NCBI GenBank assembly: GCA_021432655.1
Contig: MU271333.1
Coordinates: 44,607 to 64,606, forward strand
Reading direction: 5' to 3'
From: Atractiella rhizophila
Lineage: Eukaryota
Length of the DNA: 20,000 bases
Both the position numbers and the translations under genes were made by a program. The notes below the pieces were generated by a model that was not told the origin of the DNA, ran no database searches, and saw nothing but the letters and a program-made list of their open reading frames with translations. Position 1 is the stretch's first letter. Each line of letters begins with the position of its first letter. Below, one piece after another: positions 1 to 10,273 of this stretch.

Positions 1-53
1 ATGTAAGTTGGACTGGAGGTCGATGCTATGATTAATGAGTTGAGTTTAAACTG

Positions 54-1179
54 TCAAGCATTGATAGCAATTCCTCCGTCCTTTTCCCACCTCGTCAAAA
101 TCTCCTCCGCCCTCTCTTCAACCCATCTGAACGAACCCCACCTACCCCATCCCTCCATGAACCTGTACCAATCGACCACCATAAGCTCCCAATGAAACTT
201 GAGCCTTTCTTGTTTGTACTCGATATTAGGGTTCTTCTCCAGCAGGATGGAGAGGTAATAATCGAGTAAGTTGTCTACAGACGAAAGAACTGACAAGGAG
301 GCAGTCGTACAGAGAAAGTAGACAAGGTCGCGGGTCGGAAGAGAGAGACCAACATATTGGAAGTCGTACATGGCGCAGGTTGGACTGGGGTCGGATGAGG
401 GAGAGAAAAGGATGTTTTCGCCTTTTGGATCGCCGTGGACTAGCGTTCCATAGTTCTTGCTTTCTTCCTTGATGATTTTATCGAGCTGCGTGATATTATC
501 ATGTGAAGAAGCGAAGAGTATTAGAGAAGTAACGGACTGGTTCTACCCATTTGAGTAAGAGTTTATTACGGACGCCTTTCAGCTCGCTTTTCCTTGTGTC
601 TAAATACCAATATCCACCTTGCGTCCACACTCCTCCAGTTTGTTCACCTCCGTTGTTGTATTCAAGGGGCGGCCTAATCTTCGCGGCCTCCTTCGCTGGG
701 TTACTCCAAAAAGTGGCATGGAAGCAAGCCAACCATCTCAACGCCACCAGCGTTTGTTCCAGATCAAACTCGTACAGACTCTCAGGGAAAGAGACACTCA
801 AATCCTCCATCAGCAACTCGATGTTTCCTTCCTTAGACCGTGTGGAAGAATAACACTTTGCGATATTGCAATCACCAGCCTCGGCGTGGAGAGATAATTC
901 GGGAGCAAGGTGAGCGTAGAACCAGCTCTCGACTTCGTACGAGAGAAGTTTTCGCAAGTGGCTCTCGTCCGCCTTCTTTCCCTTGGCAGGAGGGGGAGAC
1001 ACCCGTTTGAGAATTAGACTGAGAGAAGGCGAGAATACAAGACGAGCGATCGATCCATAATTTGACCAGAGTGAGGATAAGACATAGGTCTGTGTCAATT
1101 TATAGGTCGAGAGAGAGGGAATAGTAGACGTTATGGATTGAATAGCAGGATCGGGTGAGCGGCCAAATTTTGAACTCAT
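54..1179 (-). CDS. APH/choline kinase/EcKinase-like phosphotransferase, 357 aa; exons 1179-538 and 485-54
   Basis: Intron 537-486 (GTCCGT...CAG, 52 nt) joins ORF 499-1179 in frame to ORF 54-371. The join gives WVEP|LDKIIKEESKNYGTLVHGDPKGENILF...MYDFQYVG, i.e. the HGDxxxxN catalytic loop plus the DFQ metal-binding motif. The N-lobe carries SYEVE and LLMEDL. Confidence 0.88.
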
Positions 1180-1962
1180 GGTCTACAACAGGAGAATCAG
1201 TCAAGATAAAGAGTATGTCAACGGAGTAATGTATTGTAAGTCGAGTTGAATGCCAATTTAAAGTCAGAAAATTGAAGAGCTGTCGCGTAAAATCACATCC
1301 CAATTGTTACGAACCCGAGCAAGTCATTGAGGCCAGAAACTCGAAAACTGAACTCTCAGAGTCGAATGCATCAAGACGTCGAGACAATAAGTCCTCAAAC
1401 ATTGTGCTTTCATGCACTGGTAAAACCGCATACTTGAGAGCTTCTGTTTCGACATAAACATCTAAGGTCGCCTGCGGGTGCTTGGGCTGGAGCGAATATC
1501 AAGTTCCAGACACAGACTGTGATTTGAACTCTGACGCTATATTGACATCCGTGATATACGAAATCTTGGAGGCGACGTTGTGATTAGAAGGACAATAAGC
1601 CCCAGTATAGTATGCTTATGAGATAATGGAGTTGGCACCTACCAGTTCCCTCTCCGCGTCTCTGATTGCGACCACTGGCGATACCGCGCGACAGGTTACG
1701 CAGAGAAGGGAGGAGCGTATTACAGCGTAATCATAATCTAGTCACGCGGTTGAGTGCTGGGAGTCTTATTATAATTCTTTGTAAATGTCTTTTACGCAAA
1801 GGAATCACATTGGACAAAATTTAGACAAGCAACAAGCACATCTCACCGAAACGACGAAAAGCACTTCCTTGAACACAAAGGAGAAGATAAAACTTCGGAC
1901 AATCCGGAACGATTAATGTAAATGTGGACATTGAAACCAGATATGTGAACAAGAATGACCGC

Positions 1963-2836
1963 TTATTCCGCCTTTTTGTCTGTCTCGCCCCTGACCGCTC
2001 TCTTCGTATCAACAAGTGCCCAACACGTAGCTCTGGCGACAATTTGTGCCCTGATTCCAGCTTCCAACCCGACGACAAGAGCACCGATCCAGTCAACTGG
2101 GAGCTTGGAACCGAGGGTGGTGAAAGTGTCGATGAACATGGAGAGTGTAATGATGTTCGACACCACAGCTGGAGATGAAGGTGTAACAAGGTAGAGGGCG
2201 GCGACAGAAAGTGGAAGCGGCGCCTGTAAGCATTGATGAGCAAAAGTATACAAGGCATGGATGGTGAAGGGAAGAGCGTACGTTAAGTGTGATAAAGGGG
2301 ATGATTGACTGGTATCCTTTGTACAAAGGCTCTGGTCTCAGCATCGGAACATGGAGGAGAGGTAACTCGAACAACTTTGCTGTTCCTGACACGTTCTGGG
2401 GAGGAGCGAGAATTTCGACCGCATGTTCTCTGAAGAAGTTTTCCAAGAAAAATCTGTAAGAGACGTAGGACAAGAAGGTGGAAATCGCCAGTCCAAGAGC
2501 GGGAGCAAGTAGCTGTGACAGCAGCTCTTCAGGCTTAATCAACCGGTTAAAGAACTTTTTGCCACGACGGGGAGGCGGCACGTTAGGTGAAAGGTAGTTG
2601 GAATGGAATGGGACTAGATACGCCGCAGCAGAGAGCGCGAGAGCTAGGGAGACCACATGCGAAGCTCGATGGTAGACCAACGTGTTGGTTTGAACCAAAT
2701 AGTGGGAGTGAAGGAATAGGTCGATAGATGCGGAGGGAAGCGAGAGGAGGAGCGCGATCGCAACTACATCGTGATCATGGTCAGTCTCATGATAACAGCT
2801 GAGATAACAGTAGGGTGGAGCGTGGAGCAGTCTCAT
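1963..2836 (-). CDS. Hypothetical multi-pass membrane protein, ~271 aa; exons 2836-2282 and 2223-1963 (5' end uncertain)
   Basis: Intron 2281-2224 (GTACGC...CAG, 58 nt) links ORF 2093-2836 in frame to ORF 1963-2253 (FITLN|APLPLSVAALY). Several hydrophobic segments; no family recognised. Further upstream exons are possible. Confidence 0.65.
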
Positions 2837-3355
2837 TGGGGAAATCTCTATGGCGCGTTAAGTATTGAAAGAGGAAAGGAACAAACATCGAGGGCAGATA
2901 AAAATACCACCTCCCGTGTCTGCATAGGTACTCAGCCAGTATTTGAAGAGCATTGAGAATGTTTGATGATTATAATAATATGACCTATAGTAGTCTTATT
3001 GAAGGGTGAATATTTTCCTTGGAATCAAGGTACTTTCATAGTCAGCTGTTTGCGTGTAGGTCTTTCGGCACAACGAGATTGTCACCCACTCCCATCTCCA
3101 CGAAGGTAGAAGTAGACTGATCTTTGGGGAAAATTCTGTCACTGATCTAGGCATTATATTCTGGTTCCGTGATCCACACAAGTCAATATAATAATAGGTG
3201 TGTTTTAACTGATGGAAGAGATCACGAAACAATGCCAATATCACCATTGAAACTTATTTCCCACTGAGGATGTCTTATTCTGTGCCTGCTCTAGGACGCG
3301 CCTAAATGCAAAGACAGAGAGGAGCTTGCCAATGACATCATGCAAAAGTTTCGCT

Positions 3356-3754
3356 TCACTCCCATAACATTTCAAGGAATGGAGACGACGTACCGGGTCC
3401 AGCTTCACCGTTCGCCCATCTGAACGTCCATTCTCCCAGTGCAACTAGGAACAGCCCTTGCAATCCCGTAAAAGCTACCTGCGAGTACGCGCTTGGTGGA
3501 AGAAAGAATTTATCGATACCCGTTCTCACGGCGGTGAGAGGAATATGTTCCTATGGTCATGTTGGGCTCGATCGGTTGAAGAAAAGTGACACTCACCTGC
3601 GCGAAAATCCACTGGGTCGAGTAGAAGATCAGCAGCGAGCTGGCAAATGCCTACCCCAAAGAGTTCAGATTCGTGCCATAGAAAAAGAATAGCGCACAGC
3701 ATAGATTCTGTGATTGCTCAACGGCTGACCGAAGATTTGGTACAAAACACTCAT
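3356..3754 (-). CDS. Small hypothetical membrane protein, ~101 aa; exons 3754-3698, 3650-3597, 3550-3356
   Basis: ATG at 3754 and two phase-0 introns (3697-3651 GTGCGC..TAG, 47 nt; 3596-3551 GTGAGT..TAG, 46 nt) give the open frame MSVLYQIFGQPLSNHRIYA|AFASSLLIFYSTQWIFAQ|EHIPLTAVRTGIDKFFLPPSAYSQVAFTGLQGLFLVALGEWTFRWANGEAGP... The C-terminus may differ if a GTACGT donor near 3393 is used. Confidence 0.6.
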
Positions 3755-3790
3755 GGCGTCGTGGATGGAATTCGTTGTCGTCGTTTAGTT

Positions 3791-3820
3791 GGCGGGGCGG
3801 ACATAAAGACACACGTGACT
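3791..3820. promoter_or_regulatory. Putative promoter motifs (GC box and GTCACGTG E-box) upstream of the small gene
   Basis: GGCGGGGCGG at 3791-3800 and CACGTGAC at 3812-3819 (GTCACGTG on the minus strand, a bHLH/Cbf1-type site), 40-65 nt upstream of ATG 3754. Motif match only. Confidence 0.25.
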
Positions 3821-4265
3821 TCAAAACACGCTATTGAGAATGTGCACGCATTCTAGTTGAACCTGTTGGATCTCAGGAATTAAACAGCCAGTTTGAGAGC
3901 TCGAGGAGTTAGCAAGTCTCATGGTTGGAGACATGTGTGAGGTCAGGGGTACAGGGACTTGATTGAAAGAAGTTTAACTTTATTTCAATCGAGGCACATC
4001 TTTGTGTGGTGGTTGGAAGGTGGAAGAGTCTGGAGGAGCTGCAAAACTGACTGAGGCCTGAGGATTAACGGTGGCAGCGTTTCTCCCAGTCCTAGAGGCA
4101 CGGTATTCACCAGTTATGGCTCTTGGATGCACTTTTACTGTGCAGTGGAAAGCGAAGTTTCTATTCGCAGTCTCAAATTATAACGACTTGCTTGCTTCAA
4201 CTGTCTGTTGCGCGCCGAAATACCAAAAAGTTGCGAATAGTTCTTAGATCATGAGCTACACTTGC

Positions 4266-5805
4266 TCAACTTTCTCCTCCATACCACACTTCTATTTCTT
4301 CTTCGATTCCCCACCGTTTCCCTTCTTCCCGAAACTTTTGCACGAATGGCTCCATATACGCTGGTTGCAACGAAAACGAGATTTCTACTCCTTTTCCCCA
4401 CGCACCGCCATGTAAAGGAGCATTTCGTTGGAACATCTTAATATACCGCGGAGATTCAGTGATGGTATGGAGGAAGTGGGACTGAGCTTTCTCTAAACCG
4501 AAGGAAACATCTGAATAGTCGAACCTTCATCATGTCAGCGGGATCGTACTATCAAACGAGGCCTCGACTCACTTGATCGACGAGTTTACAGCAAGCCAGC
4601 CATCCCTCGGGGTGAAATTCATGTCTTCCCCCTTCACTGCTGCATCTAACCATTGCTCAGCCAACACCTTGAAATGGTCTCTCGTAAACTCGTCCCTTCT
4701 CATCTCCACCCACATAAATCTCAAAGCCCTTACAATATCTATCATTGTACTTTCTTTTCCCCAGTGCGCAGACGGCCACAGAAGGCAGTTTATTGCTGCG
4801 TTTGAAGCGGTCTGGATAATGGTGCCACGACCGTTATAGCATGTTGCCGCATGTATTATTCGCTGCTCGGATGTGGAAAGAGCGATTGCAAGAAGAGCAG
4901 TGAGGCAATCTTGAAGACTGAAATGCAAGGAGGGGTCATTGATGGCTTTGCCGACGGAAGATTTGAGTGAAGACAGCTGTGCATCCAAGAGAAAGAGAGA
5001 GATTATTCGAGTTGGAGGTGGAGGCGGAGGATTGCGGCCAGTGAGCATGGGGAGATTCTCCAGGAATTTTGATTCTGCTGAAGAACTGAGCTGTGGAATC
5101 GAGGAAAGTGGAAGAAGCCGGTTGTAAGACGGAGGCGAAGGCAGGGATCCCGTCGAGTAAGCGGTGGAGAAACAGGACCAGAACATGACCATGTTTGCTC
5201 CATCCCCTGTCACAAGCTTAGCAATTTTGTATACCAAAAGCCGGAGTACACCTACCAACGACATGGGATGAGGTCGCAGCCAGCAAGGTCCAACCCTTGT
5301 CAAGAAAATGAGTGATGCGCATTTTCATGAGCGCTTCTTCTCCTCTACCCCTCCGGATACCTTTCATATTCAGCGTTGGTGTCCATTTCCAGGTGGTCTG
5401 AATCACCCGATCATCCGGAATCTCATATTGCGCATCACCGTATAGGTGAACCTCCTCCACTTCGAGAGGTTGCAGAGGGTCGAGGGAGATGCGCCATCCG
5501 CCGCTTTCTCCTTCTTCGTTCGTTGAAGGATCGCGAAATCGACCACAGTATAACGGGAAGTAAGAAAGTGTCTTTGAAAGAGCAAGAAGCAATCTCTCGG
5601 TGTCGAGTTTAGCGCGCAGGAGGTATCCTGTCTCGACCTAATGCCCAAGTTCAACTCTCATCTTTGAGTTCGAAACAGTCGTAAAAGAATTACGAACCGA
5701 AAAATGGAACATGAGATCAGCTTCGTGCAATGGGAAGCTTTTGCTATCAAGCGTCACTACATCTGGTGCTGGCAATACTTGATGCACTGTTGTCTTAGTT
5801 GTCAT
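4266..5805 (-). CDS. BAHD/Transferase-family CoA-dependent acyltransferase, copy A, 460 aa; exons 5805-5698, 5637-5256, 5206-4573, 4524-4266
   Basis: Spliced product has the N-terminal LLLALSKTLSYFPLYCGRF motif, catalytic HxxxD (SHVVG|DGAN, split by intron 5255-5207), and C-terminal FDYSDVSFG where the DFGWG motif normally lies. Introns are 60, 49 and 48 nt and the frame is intact. Confidence 0.88.
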
Positions 5806-6516
5806 CTTGCTATTCAGCTGACGTTTACAGTCAGAGGTGGTCACACGGGTACAAAAGCGAAGTGATTTTGCTCGCTACTGCTCGCATATAAGAAGACGTG
5901 TTCCAGAAGCAGAATCGTTCGAATCATCGTGAGCACGGCACCCCGAGCGAGAGAGAATCGGGGGAGTTAGGAGGGACCGAAAGCTAGTAACATTAGTAGT
6001 GTTGCCATGTACTTCCTTGAGCCTGCAGATGCGGAATAATCTTGAGTCCTTGTGACAGCTTGTGCCGTCGTTTCTTTCAAGTTGCGATAGTATTGAAATT
6101 TGCTTGTATATTCCTATAACTAGCCTCGTCTTTCAACCGACGGAGTAATCTAGCTCCTTCAGACGAGCTATCGAACGTACAGGGCCGCCTCCCAGCAAAC
6201 GATTCTGCCAACAACTTGAATAACATTCGATCAGTAGTATTCTTCAAACCTCTTCTGTCCAACAGGCGGAAAACGAGGCTACTCCGAACAGATAAACTAG
6301 TCACATAGTCGATTCCATAGGAACATGAGGGACCAGCTTTCAGTCCAGCATTGAGCTTGACTTGTTGCAGTAAATGATGTTATCTCTAATTTGAAATTGC
6401 CAACAAGGACTTGTGATCGAGATCGAATCATCCTCCACCCAGAGTCAACTACTTTGCAACTTTTCGAGCATCTCTGAGGTGTCCAATAGCAGAGACAAGT
6501 AAACCAGCAACGAAAT

Positions 6517-7673
6517 ATGGCCAGTGACACTCCCACTCCCGCAGATCGTGTTCCTCTCTCCTTTCCCGCATTCCTCCTTCTCCGACCACCCAATTCTCGA
6601 ACTCTCCGTCCTGCTGCTACCACACGCACACCGGAGGATCCATCTGGCCGCCCTAGTGTCCCCAACAACTTGAGGCAGCAGAAGATTAGTCCAGTGGGGA
6701 AACGACGATTGAGGAGGCTGGAAAATGGTGTGTCATTTTTCGACGTCAAACCTGCTTTTGGGTGAATCGTAGGCTACTGTGCGAAGTGCCTGCCCAGACG
6801 AACGCTATACTGCCTTCGGATTACAACCCTCTACCTATTGTGAAGCGATCCTACCTACCTCCCCTGCCCAATAATCCGTCATCCAATGTTCCCACACCGT
6901 TTTGCCCAGACACAGCTTCGAGCGGCCTTTTCCGTATGTCTCGCCGCGGGATGAGGAAGGAGATGCGCCTTCTTCTTGGACGAGGAGAGGGACGTCCATC
7001 CCTTATTGCCCTGATCGACCGCATCGAATCCGACCTCCGCAGCTGGCTAGCGGGCGAAGCGCCGCCGGTCAAAGAAGGAGGATGGGTGCTAGAAGGGCGA
7101 AAGGTTGATGAAGGGGTTCTGGAGACCGGAAGAACGGACAACATGCTCACTTGGGAAATCGAAGACGCTTTCATCCGCTACATTACCCACTGCACAGCTC
7201 TCTATCTCTCTATCGCTTCGTTCTCGAAGACGGTCAATCCGGAGAAGAGAATCACTCTTCTGATGCGTCCCCCCAAGCTCGATCTCCCTCCTCCTGTCTC
7301 TGCAGGCCCCGGTGCCGCTGGAGGGATGGACTCCAGCTCGGACATATTTTATTCAAATTCTCTGAATTCCTCTTTCTCCAATCTTTCGATGACAACCGAT
7401 GAATCCGTGAAGGAGAGCATTGAGTCATTACGTGATTCCCTCCTTGTGGTTTCGGAGGAGGGCGAAGATGGCGACGAAGTACGCATCGATCTACAAGAAC
7501 GGACACCCCGTGCACCTCGAGTGAACCGCACGAGAAGCAGAGATAGGGAATCGGATGAGAGTCGGAGCCCAGTACGAAGGATTGCAGACATTCCACCATC
7601 TGTGGGAGGATCCATTGGACTGAGGGAAGTGCTTGGAAGGAGGAAATTTGTGGACTGGATCAGATATGGCTAA
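6517..7673 (+). CDS. R3H-associated/R3H-like domain protein (putative nucleic-acid binding); one intron from ~6728 (acceptor probably AAG at 6786)
   Basis: Exon 1 ends GKRRLRRLEN, resembling the R3H-associated N-terminal motif. Exon 2 has GLFRMSRRGMRKEMR and WEIEDAFIRYITHCTALY..SFSK (RxxxH). The GTGTGT donor at 6728 restores the frame only with the AAG acceptor at 6786, so the junction is uncertain. Confidence 0.7.
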
Positions 7674-8101
7674 CCAGTTAATTGACAGGCAAAGAATTCA
7701 GAGATGGTTGGTGAATAGTGGGAGTTAATATTGCTTGTTATGCTGGTCGATTGTTATTCCTATCTAACCGAATCATTGTGTTGACCATCGAGAAATGGTC
7801 AGAAATCTCATTCCGAATTTTTTCACCTAAGACTCCAGCATAGAGGGTTCCCTCTAGTTGGGAAAATGACGCCTCACTATCCCGGCCCCGTTTCTTGAGC
7901 CTCTCATGTTGCTGGCGATACGGCCCAATTGGTCCAAGAAGTGTGTACAACTTACCAACGGCAATATTTCTGAATCGAGTCTGGATGACTCAAATACTCA
8001 TGAGATGAATGAATATAAAGGTCTAAGTGGGCTCTCTTTGCTTTCCAAAGCAATTGAAGCTAATCTAATATCTGCTAGTGCCGGGGTAGAACCTGAACAA
8101 G

Positions 8102-9677
8102 ATGGCAGGAAACACGAAAGTCAAGGTGCATCACGTCTTGCCAACGTCGCAAGCAGTGGCACAAGGATCCAAGAGCTTCCCGCTACATGAGCTTGACTTG
8201 ATGATCCAGTTCTCAGTTCGTGCCCTGCTCAATCACCGTGTCAACTGCAGGCTGAGCACAAAGAATTAGGTCGAAACAGGCTACCTTCTCCGAGCTCAGC
8301 TCGACACGGACAGATTGCTTTCTGCCCTGTCAGAGACACTTTCTCACTTTCCGTTATACTGCGGTCGGTTTCACGTTCCTTCGACGGATGAAGAAGGCCA
8401 AAGCGAAAGTTGGCGTATTGCGATGGATCCTCTACATCCAATAGAGGTGGAAGAAGTGCACCTTGATGGGGACGCGCAATCAGAGATTCCAGACGATAGA
8501 GTTATACAGTCTGATTGGAAATGGACCAGGATGTTAGACATGAAGGCTGTCCGAGCGGGCAGAGGGGAGGAAGCACTCCTCAGAATGCGCATCACGCATA
8601 TCGTCGAGAAGGGGTGGACTTTGTTGGCTGCCAGCTCAGCACACATCGTTGGTGAGTGACTGTGATCTCGCAACGGCCTGGAAATAGTGTTAATCCGTAT
8701 AACAGGCGATGGAGCAAACATGGTCATGTTCTGGTCCTGCTTCTCCTCTGCCTACTCAACGGGATCCATCCCTTCGCCGCCATCCTACACACGTCCCATT
8801 CCTCTATCCTCGATCCCATCCCTCACTTCTTCAGAGGAATCAAATATCCTCGCAGACCTTCCTATGCTCACGGGCCGGAATCCTCCCCCTCCACCACCAA
8901 CTCAGATCATCTCAGTCTTTCTCTCGAATTCACAGTTGGAGTCATTCAAATCCTCCATTGGACAAGCCATCAACGATCCCTCTTTGCATTTCAGCATCCA
9001 AGATTGCCTCACGGCTCTTCATTCAATCGCATTGTCTACATCTGAGCACCAAATAACGCGTGCTGCGGCAGTTTACAATGCCCGTGCCACCGTACTACAG
9101 CCCGACTCCAACGCAGCCATTAATTGCCTGCTTTGGCCCACTGCACAATGGAGAGAAGGGAGCTCAATGATAGATGTTGTAAAGGCTCTGAGAGCTATGT
9201 GGGTGAAAATGAGGGGAGAACGGTTCATAAGGGATCACTACAAGGTTTTAGCTGAGCAATGGTTGGATGCAGCTCTAAAGGGTGAGGATGTCGATTTTAC
9301 GCCACAGCACGGATGGATGTCAGTCAACTCATCCATCAAGTAAGTTAAACACTTCGTGATTACACTGGCGCCTAGTTGATGATTAATTCTATAGGTTCGA
9401 CTATTCGAGTGTCTCCTTCGGATTGGATAAGGTTCAGTCTCACTTCCTTCACACAAACAGCAGAGCTCCACGCTATGTCAAAATGTTCAAAAGAAATCCT
9501 CCCATCGACGGCAGTGGGTGGAAGCAAGGTGTTGAAATAACGTTTTCGCTCCAAGTGCCGTATATCGAATGCTTTCTCCAGACTTTTCGAAAAGAAGGAG
9601 AGCGATGGGGAATTGAAGGTGATATAGAGGTGTGGAAAGGAGAAGAAAGCAAGATAAACGTAGCCAATGAAGCTTGA
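8102..9677 (+). CDS. BAHD/Transferase-family CoA-dependent acyltransferase, copy B, 470 aa; exons 8102-8215, 8270-8651, 8706-9339, 9395-9677
   Basis: Paralog of 4266-5805 with LSETLSHFPLYCGRF, AHIVG|DGAN (HxxxD) and FDYSSVSFG. Same three intron positions and identical internal exon lengths (382 and 634 nt). Confidence 0.88.
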
Positions 9678-10273
9678 AATAAATTCTCACAGTTCTGTAA
9701 CGTTCTCCGTTATTTATTCTGCAGTTTTGGGAATATCAAGGAAATTCCTTTAGGTCAGGATGTGCCGAATTTCTGGCTGAAATGTAATAAATTCGTTAAA
9801 AATTCGAATTTACTACAAGGCAGGGCATCGTGAACTCAAATTATCGCTATTATTTAGCTTCTTAGAATTGTTCCCGAAATCACTCCTCACCTCAACTTCA
9901 GAAAGTTCAGAGTATGGAGTGCACGAGAAGTGTGCCATCCACTTCGCACTAATTAATCATTAATGGGTCTGCTGACGTTGGAACAACGTTCATTGTGGTC
10001 CCAAAACGGCAGGTTCCCTCGGGTCGCAAGCAATAAGAACGCACCACAATCAGGTTCTCTTCTTCTCTTCTTCCATTTCAGTTGTTTGCATAAAGTTCTT
10101 CCAACACATGTGAATGAGAGACGAGACATATTCATGCTCCAGCTCATTGTTGGCGACTGTTGAAGACTTCCACTGGTTCTCCACGAAAGTCGCTTTGCGA
10201 TTTGTCTGAAGTGCCCTGAGATCTCCTCTCAATTGATCATTGTTCTAGATACCTTCCTAAATCCTCCTCCACG

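Noticed and set aside
6077..6330. Minus-strand spliced mini-ORF (about 31 aa) built from three intron-like segments
   Set aside because: It needs weak donors and a 5-nt exon, and the product is tiny with no recognisable features. It could be a non-coding divergent transcript but is unsupported.
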